Below are positions 1 to 10,512 of a stretch of 32,000 nt of DNA, one piece after another. Position 1 is the stretch's first letter; each line of letters begins with the position of its first letter. A model generated the notes under the pieces. The model worked only from the letters and a program-made list of their open reading frames with translations, had not been told where the DNA came from and did no database searches. Source of the DNA: Desulfocapsa sulfexigens DSM 10523. GTDB taxonomy: Bacteria > Desulfobacterota > Desulfobulbia > Desulfobulbales > Desulfocapsaceae. The stretch spans positions 750,001-782,000 of the forward strand of contig NC_020304.1 in NCBI RefSeq assembly GCF_000341395.1. Direction: 5' to 3'. Both the position numbers and the translations under genes were made by a program.

Positions 1-262
1 GCAGGGAGGTGGTTATGGTGAATCCGCTTTACTTGCCTCCTGTTACCAGAATTGCTTACATCTTGCAAAAAGTAACAATCTCTCATCCATTGCTTTTCCA
101 GCAATCAGTTGTGGCGTTTATGGCTATCCCCCTGATCAGGCCTGTGCCATCGCCATAAAAGAGACAAACAGCTTTCTTTCAGCAAGCAATACACCTTTTA
201 CCATTCTTTTTTGCTGTTATAACGATACAATCGAAAGTGAATTCAACACACTCAGGTGACCA

Positions 263-1765
263 GTGCAGGAACAACCACAACCACAACAGCATCTAGCCGC
301 AATCGATCTCGGCTCCAACAGTTTTCATATGGTTGTAGCCCGAATCGAAGACGGCCATATTCACATTCTTGACAACCTCAAGGAAATGGTACGCCTGGGA
401 GCAGGACTCGACGAAAAGGGATGGTTATCAGAAGAATCCCGCAAGCGTGCCCTCTCCTGCCTTGAACGTTTCAGTGAACGTGTCAACGGTTTTCCCCCGG
501 GAAGTGTGGCTGCCGTTGGCACAAAAACTCTGCGTCAGGCTAAGAATGCCCGTCTTTTTTTAGAAAGCGCCAATGAGATTTTAGGGCATCCCATCTCTGT
601 GATTGCTGGAAAAGAAGAAGCCCGCCTCGTCTACCTGGGCGTCTCCCATTCCCTCGTTGCTGAAGATGGCAAACGATTTGTCATGGATATCGGTGGCGGC
701 AGCACTGAGCTCATTATCGGTGAAGACTTCGAGCCACTTCTCCTGCGCAGCCTTGATATGGGCTGCGTAAGTATGAGCCGCAGATTTTTCGAGAACGGCA
801 ATCTCAACAAAAAATGCTGGAAAAAAGCCGGGATCAAATCACACCTGTTACTGCGTCCGGTAAGACGCTATTTTCAGAAAGTCGACTGGAAATCTGCCAC
901 GGGAGCATCTGGAACGATTAAAGCCGTTGCCAAAGTCGTGAATGAACTGGGGCTTGAATCCTATGCCATCACCCTGGACAGTATGTACGCCATACGGGAT
1001 AAAATGATAGAGGCCGGACACCTCGACAATCTGGATCTGCCTGGTTTAAAGAGTGACCGCAAACCTGTTTTTGCGGGAGGCCTTGCTATCCTGATTGCAA
1101 CCTTTGAAGCACTGAAAATTGAAACTATGCAGGTTTCTGATGGTGCCCTGCGTGAAGGCCTGCTGTATGAACGACTGGGTCGCATCCAGAGTGAGGACAC
1201 TCGCCTGAAAACCGTATCTAGTGTGCAACACCGTTTTCAAATCAGTACAAAACATGCAAGAAGAGTGAGCCTGACGGCACACCGTCTCCTGAGTGGCTGT
1301 GAAAAGGAATGGAACCTGAAACTGGAAGATGCCGAATCACTGCACTGGGCAAGCAGTTTACATGAAATCGGCCTCGCCGTTTCACTCAGTGGATATCAGA
1401 AACATGGCGCATACCTGCTGGTCAACGCTGACTTACCGGGGTTTTCTCTTGAAGAACAGGCCTGGATGAGTGTTCTGGTGCGTTGCCATCGAAAAAAAAT
1501 ATCAAAGAAGCTCTTCATGGATTTAGCTCCCGAGACCCAGCGGACAGCATTAAGACTGGTGGTGCTGCTTCGCCTGGCAACACTGCTGCATCGTTCCCGA
1601 AAAGAGAAAACAGCCGTTATTGAAAACATCATCGCAACCAAAAATGGCCTGACCCTTCAATTTGCAAAAAATGAGCTAGTCAAACATCCCCTGCAACTTG
1701 CCAGTCTTAAACAGGAGGCAAAATATCTGCAGAATGTTGATTTTGAACTCAAATTTTCTTCATGA
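263..1765 (+). CDS. ppx: Ppx/GppA family exopolyphosphatase/pppGpp phosphohydrolase
   Basis: 500 aa ORF with AIDLGSNSFHMVVARIEDG, FVMDIGGGSTELIIG and an HD-like C-terminal part (LHEIGLAVS). Confidence 0.9.
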   Translation: MQEQPQPQQHLAAIDLGSNSFHMVVARIEDGHIHILDNLKEMVRLGAGLDEKGWLSEESRKRALSCLERFSERVNGFPPGSVAAVGTKTLRQAKNARLFLESANEILGHPISVIAGKEEARLVYLGVSHSLVAEDGKRFVMDIGGGSTELIIGEDFEPLLLRSLDMGCVSMSRRFFENGNLNKKCWKKAGIKSHLLLRPVRRYFQKVDWKSATGASGTIKAVAKVVNELGLESYAITLDSMYAIRDKMIEAGHLDNLDLPGLKSDRKPVFAGGLAILIATFEALKIETMQVSDGALREGLLYERLGRIQSEDTRLKTVSSVQHRFQISTKHARRVSLTAHRLLSGCEKEWNLKLEDAESLHWASSLHEIGLAVSLSGYQKHGAYLLVNADLPGFSLEEQAWMSVLVRCHRKKISKKLFMDLAPETQRTALRLVVLLRLATLLHRSRKEKTAVIENIIATKNGLTLQFAKNELVKHPLQLASLKQEAKYLQNVDFELKFSS

Positions 1766-1981
1766 AAAAAATCGTCCAAGACGGTTAAGAACAGTACAGG
1801 GCATCTCGAAAATCGTTGTCACTATCCCCCCTTTACCACGCCCCTCGGTGCCACTCAGCTTGAAATCTGAGTGAAACTTTTTGCCACATGAGGGGCAGAC
1901 CATAACCAATCCACCAACATTCGTAGGAAACCTGAGTTTCTGGCCACATCCCGGACATTTTTTTTCAATACAATCGGACAT
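1760..1981 (-). CDS. small zinc-ribbon protein
   Basis: 73 aa ORF with two CxxC pairs (CPGCGQKLRFP, CPSCGKKF). Confidence 0.55.
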   Translation of the reverse strand: MSDCIEKKCPGCGQKLRFPTNVGGLVMVCPSCGKKFHSDFKLSGTEGRGKGGIVTTIFEMPCTVLNRLGRFFS

Positions 1982-2011
1982 AATTAAACCTGCACCATCC
2001 TGCCATTCTCG

Positions 2012-3646
2012 CTATTTTCTGAATCTACTGATTAGTTCATTCAAGATGGAAACCTGGCCAGCAAGATCACCTGCGGTCTTTTCTATCTCATCACCACTCC
2101 CGGAGAGACGGGAAACAATATGACTGGTCTCGGCTATATTCCTTGCAATTTCTGCCGATACTGCGGATGTTTGAGACACATTTTCATTCACTTCAGAAAT
2201 ACCCTGTGCCGCCTGCATAACATTCTGTGAGATTTCACCCGAGGTTGCACTTTGCTCCTGAACAGCCGTACTGATTTCGGTGACGATACTATCCACCTCC
2301 CTAATGACAGTACTGATCTGACGAATCTCCTTCACTGTCTCATTCGTTGAGTTCTGAATTGCACTAATATTACTTTTAATCTCTCCAGTTGCCTGGGAGG
2401 TCTGTTTCGCAAGTTCCTTGATTTCGTTTGCAACAACCGCAAATCCTTTTCCAGCCTCACCGGCTCTTGCCGCTTCGATCGTTGCATTCAGCGCGAGCAG
2501 ATTCGTCTGCTCTGAAATTTCTGTAATAGCCTCGGTTACCTTGCTGATTTCTGCTGCAGCCGCCCCGAGAGCATCAACTTTGCCAGAAGAACTTGCCGCC
2601 AATGCTACAGCCTGTCGCGTAATTTCCTGTGCCTTATTGGTCTTTGCCGCCTCATCCTCCACCGAAGCAAGAATCTCTTCAATGGCACTGGCAACAAGAC
2701 TGACATTGGTGGATGCTTCTTCACTTGCCGCAGCGACAGAATTCATATTGCTGCTCATTTCTTCAGTAGCTGCAGCAACACTCTCTGCCTGGCTGGAGGC
2801 CTCACTCGTCCCACTCGAAAGAGCTTTGGAAATCGCCGACAAGAGTTTCGATGAAGAAGTCAGGGCATCCGACTGCTGCTGAACATTACCAATCATCTCC
2901 AGCAAACCGCCAGACATAGCTGAAAGAGCAGTTCCAATGGAACTGATTTCATCATTTCCATCAATGACTATGGGCACAGTAAAATTTCCCTTTCCCATTT
3001 CCTGTGTCGTCTTTTGAATAAGCGAAAGCCGTTTCCCCACGTTCAGCAGTACCAGGGAAAAAAGAATAAAAAAAGCAAACAGGGCAGCAGCAACTATCGC
3101 CATCAATATTTGTAATGACTTAATGGTTTCATTTAAAGAATCCCCAGCCGCTTTCTCCAGAGAATGAACATGTTCTTCCAATATTTCAAAAGCCTCAAAT
3201 GCAGGAGTATCATCAATCTTAACTGCCATGTCTATCTCCATTGGAGTTTTACCGTCCTTGTGCATGGCAAGAGATGTCTTGATAGCCTTTGCATATTGCG
3301 TAGCTACTTCCTGGACTGCCAAGAGTGCTGTCTGTTCTTTAGAGGAAAGATCAAGTTTTTCATACGCCCCAAAAGCCTGGTGCATACGATCCTTATTTTG
3401 CATAAATCGATCAGCGTATTTTTGAGTACCCCGCAAAACATGATTCTTGAAATTGTGAATAAAACCACCGTAGCCGAACTGCGATTTTATTTCAGCAAGT
3501 TGAACCTGCCTCTTCAGAGCTGTCTGCTGGTAATCTGTCCATTGACTGCCAATATTGAGAATTGTACGGAGCTGAATAAAACCTGCTATGGAAAGCAATG
3601 CGATCAGGCCCACTGAAAGCAACAAAAGTTTTTTCTTGATTGTCAC
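2012..3646 (-). CDS. methyl-accepting chemotaxis protein
   Basis: N-terminal TM segment, periplasmic region, second TM, HAMP-like region, and the conserved signalling tip [40 protein letters not shown]. Confidence 0.95.
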   Translation of the reverse strand: MTIKKKLLLLSVGLIALLSIAGFIQLRTILNIGSQWTDYQQTALKRQVQLAEIKSQFGYGGFIHNFKNHVLRGTQKYADRFMQNKDRMHQAFGAYEKLDLSSKEQTALLAVQEVATQYAKAIKTSLAMHKDGKTPMEIDMAVKIDDTPAFEAFEILEEHVHSLEKAAGDSLNETIKSLQILMAIVAAALFAFFILFSLVLLNVGKRLSLIQKTTQEMGKGNFTVPIVIDGNDEISSIGTALSAMSGGLLEMIGNVQQQSDALTSSSKLLSAISKALSSGTSEASSQAESVAAATEEMSSNMNSVAAASEEASTNVSLVASAIEEILASVEDEAAKTNKAQEITRQAVALAASSSGKVDALGAAAAEISKVTEAITEISEQTNLLALNATIEAARAGEAGKGFAVVANEIKELAKQTSQATGEIKSNISAIQNSTNETVKEIRQISTVIREVDSIVTEISTAVQEQSATSGEISQNVMQAAQGISEVNENVSQTSAVSAEIARNIAETSHIVSRLSGSGDEIEKTAGDLAGQVSILNELISRFRK

Positions 3647-3934
3647 AGATTACCTCATATGTAAGTATTTTATTTGCTGGAATTATGAAAATATCATCCT
3701 GTCTTTGAACGCTATCACCAAACATTCACATATAAAAGGATTATTCAAGTATCACTAAAATAGAGGCAACTTTTGCCGGGATGGATATCTGTGCGGAATG
3801 TCAATCTCAACGTCCTCACAATCACATTATCCTTGACCATTCCACCACTATCTGTCACAATGTGGTACATGGTATATTTATCCCGGCATCCTGCCAAAGA
3901 TTTTAAATATACCTTCCTACTATAGGAGCTTGAC

Positions 3935-4336
3935 ATGAAACAGCTATTTATTGGAATGTTCTGTGTTGCTATACTCGCAGCAACATCCTTTTCAGTCTCC
4001 GCCACGCCCCAAAAGCGCTATGACGAAAATACAGGAAGTTGCAGAATTCTGGACAGCGGACCACTTGAATGGGAAAGCCGGGCGTGGGGACAGGGAGGGA
4101 AAGGCTTCAAGCAGGTGTGTAAAAGTTGCCATACCCGTGGAAATGACAAAGGGGCGAGATACCTGTATGAGGAATCGAAATCCTCTAAGGGCTGGAATCG
4201 AATATTTACGACCAGGCGAGCAGAATGTGCAAAGGACGGTTCATGGGCCAAACTTTCCGATGAGCAGTTACTGATGGTCAATGACTATCTCTATCGCTGG
4301 TCATCCACAAGTCTCGATAGAAACGACAGCGCCTGA
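3935..4336 (+). CDS. cytochrome c5-like periplasmic c-type cytochrome
   Basis: Signal peptide plus heme motif CKSCH (VCKSCHTRGNDKGA); monoheme size. Confidence 0.75.
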   Translation: MKQLFIGMFCVAILAATSFSVSATPQKRYDENTGSCRILDSGPLEWESRAWGQGGKGFKQVCKSCHTRGNDKGARYLYEESKSSKGWNRIFTTRRAECAKDGSWAKLSDEQLLMVNDYLYRWSSTSLDRNDSA

Positions 4337-4405
4337 CGTTGATTCTTCTCTTCCGGTTCGGAAGAAAAAAGCTATACGGACGAGTCACTTCTTCAGCAAA
4401 AAAAG

Positions 4406-5578
4406 TCACCTCCACCAAAGAGGAAAAAGTGGCTCTTCCTTTCTTAACTCCTTCAAAGGATAATGGGTTCCACGCCAGTCGATACCCTGGTTGCGAAGAG
4501 TTGTCCAGACAGCTCTCAACACTGTATACACAGTGAGATAAGGTGTCACTAAAGACCAGAGCACTGCAGTCAGCTGAACACCCATCCATTTAGAATTACA
4601 GACAAAAACGGCAATACGACACAGAATCGCAGCGCAAAAAAACACCCTTATCATTCCCTGCGTTAGCAGAACTCCCCATACCGGAACGATGGTGAGCAGA
4701 ATAATTCCCAGGACAGCCACCGTAACATACGAAATTCGATAGCTGTAAAGAGCAAAGATATTCTTCATCAATCCACGAACCATCTCAGAAACACTCCCAT
4801 ACCAACGAACCTGCACAAAATCTCCACCCTGTAAACAATCCTGAGTGAAACCCCGCTGTTTCACTCTCTTCCCAAGCATTATATCATCGATTGGATGCAT
4901 TCTAAAAGTCGAATGCCCACCCAGTTCCCAGTAGACCCTGGTGCGAATCATATTAAAGGCTCCCACGCCGATAAATGCTGTGCTGTTTTTCTTTCTGGCA
5001 TTCCAGGGCCTGAGAAGAAGAAAGAGACCGCCCAGTGCATCAATAATCATAGCATTGAGCAATCCACCTGGGGTCAGATTGCGAAAAATCAGGGAAAGAT
5101 GATCGAGATTTTCATGTCTGAAATAGGCCACGGCCCGAGAAATTGTGGACGATTCCATAATAATATCGGCATCGGTAAAAAGCAGAATATCCCCCTGAGC
5201 CCTTTTGGCACCCAGAGAGAGAGCATGGTTTTTCCCAAGCCACCCCGAAGGGAGCTCTTTCACCTGACTTACCAGAATCTGAGGATATTTCTGACGCAAT
5301 TTTGTAATGACTGCAAAAGTAGCATCAGTAGAACGGTCATCAACAACAATGATTTCTAAGGAGGGATAGTCCTGTTGTAAGACTGAGGACAGGGCAGGCT
5401 CAAGCGTTGTGGCTTCGTTACAGGCTGGCACAACAATAGAGACAAGTGGAACATCTGTCTCCAGTTCCGGTGATGTTTTGTTCAGGTTCTGCATTTTCAG
5501 GCACCCCTGAAAAACTTGCAACATACCTGAGACACTTATGAGAAAAACAAGGAAGGCAAACACCATCAAAAAAGACAT
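4406..5578 (-). CDS. family 2 glycosyltransferase, membrane-associated
   Basis: VSIVVPACNEATTLEPALSSVLQQDYPSLEIIVVDDRSTD, DILLFTDADI, C-terminal TM helices. Confidence 0.9.
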   Translation of the reverse strand: MSFLMVFAFLVFLISVSGMLQVFQGCLKMQNLNKTSPELETDVPLVSIVVPACNEATTLEPALSSVLQQDYPSLEIIVVDDRSTDATFAVITKLRQKYPQILVSQVKELPSGWLGKNHALSLGAKRAQGDILLFTDADIIMESSTISRAVAYFRHENLDHLSLIFRNLTPGGLLNAMIIDALGGLFLLLRPWNARKKNSTAFIGVGAFNMIRTRVYWELGGHSTFRMHPIDDIMLGKRVKQRGFTQDCLQGGDFVQVRWYGSVSEMVRGLMKNIFALYSYRISYVTVAVLGIILLTIVPVWGVLLTQGMIRVFFCAAILCRIAVFVCNSKWMGVQLTAVLWSLVTPYLTVYTVLRAVWTTLRNQGIDWRGTHYPLKELRKEEPLFPLWWR

Positions 5579-5802
5579 TGTTTCAAACAGGGCAATATGA
5601 GTTAAACGGCTTCACAGTAAAGAAGAAACCGCATGAAATGTGCCACCTCAGAAACACTACTTCTATCATAAACCGGGAGAGAACAACATGCACGAAGAAC
5701 AAAAAAAAACTGTGGTCATTCAACTCCCCATCAACCAATAACTTGCATCAATAGTGAGAGAACAACCACAGTTCCGAACTGATGTGAACCAGAGAAAGCT
5801 TT

Positions 5803-6042
5803 TTATTTACGCAATGATTTTGGTTCCTTTGCCATACGTTCAATTTTATTATCTGTGGCGTCAGCTGTTGCTTTGGCCTCCAGGGCAGTATTTTCAGCAT
5901 TACGAGCCGTCCGCAAAGCTTCGTCAGCGGTAGCGTTGGCCTGCTGAGCCAGTGCTTTAACAGCGTCTAAATCTTTATTGCTGGCACATCCTGCAAGACC
6001 GATGACAATGAGTAGGGCAAGAACTTTAACAGTATTCTTCAT
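5803..6042 (-). CDS. lpp: Lpp-like major outer membrane lipoprotein
   Basis: Lipobox LAGC, heptad-rich alanine repeats (ADEALRTARNAENTALEAKATAD), terminal RK. Confidence 0.8.
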   Translation of the reverse strand: MKNTVKVLALLIVIGLAGCASNKDLDAVKALAQQANATADEALRTARNAENTALEAKATADATDNKIERMAKEPKSLRK

Positions 6043-6201
6043 GGGAAATCCTCTTGTTAATTTTTATAAGATATAATACGTAAATGAACAAATTATTAAC
6101 TAGTAATATATACCAAAAAAACGGGAAAGTAGCAATCTGCTTTTATCGACGCTCCAAACACAGCCTTTCCATGATAGGAGGGAGACGAGGCTATTACTTT
6201 C

Positions 6202-7731
6202 TTATTTAAGCCATCTGATCTCGTACAAATCACTCCTGCGACTAGCCAGATTTTGTACGCTTCCCTGGGTCCTGATTTCTTTTAAAAGATCCAGATCAAG
6301 ATCTGCAAGCAGTGTCATCTCCGTATTCGGAGTTGCTTCTGCCGCCACTGCATCATGCGGAAAGGCAAAATCGGAAGGAGTGAAAATAGCTGACTGGGAA
6401 TATTGGATATCCATGTTCTCCACCTTCGGGAGGTTACCGACACTGCCGGTAATCGCCACATAGCACTCGTTTTCAATCGCACGGGCCTGGGCACAGCGCC
6501 TGACTCGGAGATACCCATTTTTGGTGTCTGTCCAGTATGGCACCAGCAGGAGCTTGATTCCTTTGTCAACGAGCATGCGTGGCAACTCCGGGAACTCAAC
6601 ATCGAAACAGATAAGAATACCGATCTTCCCGATATCGGTATCAAAAACTTTCAACTCATTTCCTCCATTAAACCCCCACCATTCAGATTCATCAGGAGTG
6701 ATATGAAGTTTGTACTGAGAGTCCCAGGTGCCGTCGCGTCTACAAAGAAAAGCAACATTGTAGAGTTTTCCATCTTCATAAATAGGCAGACTGCCGGTAA
6801 CGATATTAATATTGTACTTCATGGCCATTTGCAGCATCGATTCCCTGAGGGCGTCAGTTGACTCCGCAAGAGAACGCATTGCCATGGCAGGATTCTGCTG
6901 ATCAAAGTTTGCGAGCAATGGTGCGTTGAACATCTCAGGAAAAAGGAGCAGGTCAACCTTATAACCAGCTGCAGCATCCACAAAGAAGTCAATCTGCTGG
7001 AGGAGATCTTCTGTACTTGGGAATAAACGCATCTGCCACTGCACAACACTTATGCGGGCGTTTGATTTTCTCCCCCAGATCATCCGTTTTTTGTTTTCAT
7101 AAAAGATGTTGTTCCACTCCAGAAGAACAGCATAGCTTTTTGAACGGGTATCTTCGGGAATATAATTCCTGATAGCTCTCTTGGGGTGAAAATCATTGGA
7201 GAGCTGAAAGGTCAACACCTGATCTACAATTTCTCTTTTGCGAACCTTGTCTATATATTGATCCGGGGTGAGTTCTTTTGCGTATTTTGCATAACCGGGT
7301 ATACGTCCACCGGCGATAATTCCTTTAAGGTTACGCTGCTGACACAGCTCTTTACGGGCATCATAGAGACGCCTGCCAAGACGCATACCGCGGTAATCTG
7401 GATGGACAAATACGTCTATACCGTACAGGTAATCGCCTTCCGGATCATTACTGCTAAATTTCCCCTGATCAACAATATCATCATAGGAATGGTCGTCTTC
7501 AATTTTTGAATAATTAACAATGAGCGTCAAAGCTGCTGCGACAACTTTTCCGTTATCCTCAATACAAATCTGCCCATCCGGAAACACTGTAAGGAGCCTT
7601 TCTATTTCATCTGGTGTCCAGGAGCCTCCCATGCCGGAATAGGCCTGTTTCATTATTGCATCTATTTCACTGTAGTCAGAGAACTGCAGACCTCTGAGCT
7701 TGAGTTTATGATCTATGGTTTCGTTTAGCAC
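6202..7731 (-). CDS. GNAT acetyltransferase / carbon-nitrogen hydrolase (nitrilase superfamily) fusion
   Basis: N-terminal GNAT motif (DVFVHPDYRGMRLGRRLYDARKELC) and nitrilase core (LLLFPEMFNAP, KLHITPDES, IGILICFDVEFPELPRM). Confidence 0.9.
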   Translation of the reverse strand: MLNETIDHKLKLRGLQFSDYSEIDAIMKQAYSGMGGSWTPDEIERLLTVFPDGQICIEDNGKVVAAALTLIVNYSKIEDDHSYDDIVDQGKFSSNDPEGDYLYGIDVFVHPDYRGMRLGRRLYDARKELCQQRNLKGIIAGGRIPGYAKYAKELTPDQYIDKVRKREIVDQVLTFQLSNDFHPKRAIRNYIPEDTRSKSYAVLLEWNNIFYENKKRMIWGRKSNARISVVQWQMRLFPSTEDLLQQIDFFVDAAAGYKVDLLLFPEMFNAPLLANFDQQNPAMAMRSLAESTDALRESMLQMAMKYNINIVTGSLPIYEDGKLYNVAFLCRRDGTWDSQYKLHITPDESEWWGFNGGNELKVFDTDIGKIGILICFDVEFPELPRMLVDKGIKLLLVPYWTDTKNGYLRVRRCAQARAIENECYVAITGSVGNLPKVENMDIQYSQSAIFTPSDFAFPHDAVAAEATPNTEMTLLADLDLDLLKEIRTQGSVQNLASRRSDLYEIRWLK

Positions 7732-8157
7732 TGTATTTCCTCAATTCAATCGATGTTAATCTGTTCAAATATGTTTTTAAAGAAATTATGAACGGTGTAA
7801 AAAGACGTCACCTATATTAAAGCAGACGCTTACATCGTCCTGAAAGATTTGTCATTGTAATTCCATTTCACCTTGTGCATTTTCGTTCTTTTTTTAGACG
7901 AGAACAGCCGCTTTCCGCATCTTTCCACCAACTTCGTTTTTATAGGATCGAATAGAACTTCACATGATTCTTGAGCACTCGATAAGAGTAGGACTTTAAT
8001 CGGCCGACCTCCTACAGATCTATCCATGGTGTTAGAAATAAGGATGGGGAAATAACTGGCTGGCTTGAAGGTAGGCTTTCATGAAACAAAAAAACCGTAT
8101 ACCTTTGCTGGTTAATGGGCAAATAGTACTTCTGTATCAAATGAGAACGAAATAAAA

Positions 8158-8220
8158 TGGTACGGAGATCGGAGTCGAACCGACACGGGCCAAAGCCCGC
8201 TGGATTTTGAGCCCAGTGCT
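8158..8220 (-). pseudogene. 3' fragment of tRNA-Leu(CAA), probable distal attachment site of the island
   Basis: Nearly identical to the 3' part of the tRNA-Leu at 24350-24436 (core cgaaccgacacgggccaaagcccgctggattttgag exact; 5' half absent, acceptor stem cannot pair); encoded CCA retained. Confidence 0.8.
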
Positions 8221-8287
8221 ATTCACGCACCAAGATATTGATTCAATAGCAAAATACAAAAAGATTCTGGCGCAGACCCTACCCATT

Positions 8288-8338
8288 TTAACCTATCGGT
8301 TAAGTCACGATCCACATCACACCACTTCACCGATCGGT
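8288..8338. promoter_or_regulatory. putative HipB operators
   Basis: Palindrome TTAACC-TATC-GGTTAA (8288-8303) and a second site ACCGATCGGT(TAA) (8329-8341), directly upstream of the hipB-like gene. Confidence 0.45.
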
Positions 8339-8398
8339 TAAAACACATTGACTCTCAGTAAATTTAACTGTACGGTCAAAAAAGGAGGCCTTCACACC

Positions 8399-8641
8399 AT
8401 GTCAAAAATTAAATATCCATATCATGTGCGCCTACCCAAATACATTGGCCCGGCAATCAAGGATGCTCGTAAAAAAAAGCAATGGACCCAAAAGGACCTT
8501 GCTGACTACACCGCAACGAGCGTGAAGTTTATAAGTAATATCGAGCAGGGCAAAACCACAGCACAACTTGATAAAGTTTTTGATTTGATACGTACCGTAG
8601 GGCTGAGAGTTTACCTAACCGAAGGAGATATCGACAAATGA
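8399..8641 (+). CDS. hipB: HipB-like XRE-family antitoxin/transcriptional regulator
   Basis: HTH: IGPAIKDARKKKQWTQKDLADYTATSVKFISNIEQGKTTAQLDKVFDLIRTVGL; AGGAGG at 8383-8388 favours the ATG at 8399 over the track's 8348. Confidence 0.8.
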   Translation: MSKIKYPYHVRLPKYIGPAIKDARKKKQWTQKDLADYTATSVKFISNIEQGKTTAQLDKVFDLIRTVGLRVYLTEGDIDK

Positions 8642-9894
8642 GTAATCTCACAGTCTACTGGGATCAACAAATCGTCGGTACAATATCAAGACACCCAAAA
8701 GGCGAAATCACCTTTCAATACGCTGCCGAGTGGCTCAAAAACAGTGGGCGCCAAATATCACTGTCACTGCCATGTCAAGAAGAACGATTCTCCCCTGGAG
8801 TCAGCACAGCTTTTTTTGAAAATCTCTTTCCCGAGAGTGACGCACGAACCATTCTAGCCTTCAACCATCGATTCGACAAAAAAGACACCTTTGCCTTTCT
8901 CGAAAATTTTGGAGAAGATTGCGCTGGTGCCCTCTCCATTATTCCTGAGAGTGGAGATATTCCTCCTCATTCCAGCAAGTATCGATGTATAGACGTTGAG
9001 CTGCAAAAGGCATTGCAGGCCATCGAATCGGATCCTGGTAAGCACAAATTATATCCTGAGTTAGCTAACGCCCGCCTATCAATTGCCGGAGCTCAAGACA
9101 AATTACCAGTGTATTATGAGAAGGGAAGCTTTTCTCTCCCTGAGAATTCGGCATCGCCTACAACGCATATAATAAAACCTGCCAGTCCTTATTTTCATGA
9201 TATCCAGAGAAATGAAGTATTCTGTATGGACCTGGCCCGGCAGGCTGGCCTCTCAGTCCCTCACTCTGAACTATACACGTTTGCAGGCTATGAACTGTTT
9301 CTTATAGAACGTTATGATCGATTCCACTCAGAGAATAAAGTGAAACGGGTACATCAGGAAGATTTCTGTCAGGCAATGGGACTACCGTTTCACAAAAAAT
9401 ATCAGGAACAGGGAGGCCCAGGCTTTTTACACTGCAGAGAACTCGCCGAGGAGCATTTATCAGCCGATATATCAGTGGTAAAACAAAAGCTGACCGCTGT
9501 CATGACTTTCAATTTTCTCATAGGCAACAATGATGCGCATGGTAAAAATTTCTCAATTATTCACAAAGATACTATTACGCTCGCACCGTTCTATGATTTA
9601 GTTTCAACACAGGTTTATCCTAATTTGGATCGCAAACTTGCCATGGCAATAGGTAATACCTACAGGCACGATCGAGTGAACCAAGGTGCTTTTGTCAAAC
9701 TCAGTAAGGATATGAAACTTCGGCCTGAAAAGGTTTTTGAAATTATCACAGCAACTGCTCAAAAAATTGGAAAAATATACGAGAAGGTACTGGCTATACA
9801 TGAAAAGCAGTATGGTAAGGCAGTGATTTATTCGGATCTCCATACTGTGCTGCTCACAAATCTTGCTCGAATACAGGAAATTATGAGGAATTAG
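8638..9894 (+). CDS. hipA: HipA-family toxin kinase
   Basis: 418 aa; SIAGAQDKLPVY, THIIKPASPYF, FLIERYDR, FLIGNNDAHGKNFSII, PFYDLVST; 4-bp overlap with the antitoxin gene. Confidence 0.9.
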   Translation: MSNLTVYWDQQIVGTISRHPKGEITFQYAAEWLKNSGRQISLSLPCQEERFSPGVSTAFFENLFPESDARTILAFNHRFDKKDTFAFLENFGEDCAGALSIIPESGDIPPHSSKYRCIDVELQKALQAIESDPGKHKLYPELANARLSIAGAQDKLPVYYEKGSFSLPENSASPTTHIIKPASPYFHDIQRNEVFCMDLARQAGLSVPHSELYTFAGYELFLIERYDRFHSENKVKRVHQEDFCQAMGLPFHKKYQEQGGPGFLHCRELAEEHLSADISVVKQKLTAVMTFNFLIGNNDAHGKNFSIIHKDTITLAPFYDLVSTQVYPNLDRKLAMAIGNTYRHDRVNQGAFVKLSKDMKLRPEKVFEIITATAQKIGKIYEKVLAIHEKQYGKAVIYSDLHTVLLTNLARIQEIMRN

Positions 9895-10288
9895 CCCTTC
9901 TTCACCCAAGAATATTGTCAAGGATTGCTTGACAACTGAATTTTTCACAAGCTCTGCTGGCCCAAAAATGACGCAAACAAAAAAGAAAGCATCACATTTC
10001 GGGCTATTGATTGAAGCCGAGCTGGCAAACATGGAAGATGCCGTCCAAGCGGGATACGAGAGGTAAGGTGATGGTGATATGACATCGCTTTTTCAGACGA
10101 CCTTAAAAAATCGATTTCCTGATCGAGAAAACTTAGATGGGGGGCCAGAAACAACAAAGCTGCAATCACTAGATCAACTAATGATTACAGCTTCTTGTCA
10201 TTGGTGCGGAGGTCGGAGCCAAACATTATCGTATTTACCATTACATTCCATGTACATACTCATGGTGTCGTTTTTATACTCAACCCAA

Positions 10289-10311
10289 ATACCCACTTTC
10301 ATACCCACTTT
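10289..10311. repeat. tandem ATACCCACTTT motif (2 copies)
   Basis: ATACCCACTTT-C-ATACCCACTTT read directly; related motifs lie upstream of the integrase at 24169-24238. Confidence 0.6.
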
Positions 10312-10325
10312 ATCCAGACACAATG

Positions 10326-10361
10326 CCCCCCCCTTTTGATCAAATCAGTGGGGGGGGGGGG
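10326..10361. repeat. paired homopolymer tracts C8 (10326-10333) and G12 (10350-10361)
   Basis: Direct reading: CCCCCCCC-TTTTGATCAAATCAGT-GGGGGGGGGGGG, about 150 bp upstream of the dndC-like start. Confidence 0.7.
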
Positions 10362-10512
10362 AGCTTCCATGGTATACATTTAATAAAAGTGCCGACGTAT
10401 AAAGATACTGACGTTATTGACATTAAGTAAGAAATAGAACATTAACATATCTACATCAAAAAGCATCAAACGGAATAGTTTGGTAAAATTTTATAGAAAA
10501 TAAACACTATAT

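Noticed and set aside
2418-3616. Plus-strand ORFs opposite the chemotaxis receptor
   Set aside because: Antisense shadows of a strongly supported MCP coding sequence.
6202-7731. GNAT-nitrilase fusion as a novel architecture
   Set aside because: This fusion is a known, widespread protein type and lies in backbone sequence.
8158-8245. A second complete tRNA-Leu
   Set aside because: Only the anticodon-to-CCA part is present; upstream sequence (ggtgcgtgaatag) does not supply a D arm or pair with CTCCGTA, so it is called a fragment.
9604-10383. ORFs 9604..10032, 9945..10169, 10079..10339 and 10195..10383 as genes
   Set aside because: They overlap hipA out of frame or cover low-complexity, repeat-containing sequence; composition is not protein-like and no family is recognised.
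10417-10445. Sigma70 promoter for the dnd-like operon (TTGACA at 10417)
   Set aside because: The -35 box is perfect but no convincing -10 hexamer sits at 16-18 bp; not listed as a feature.
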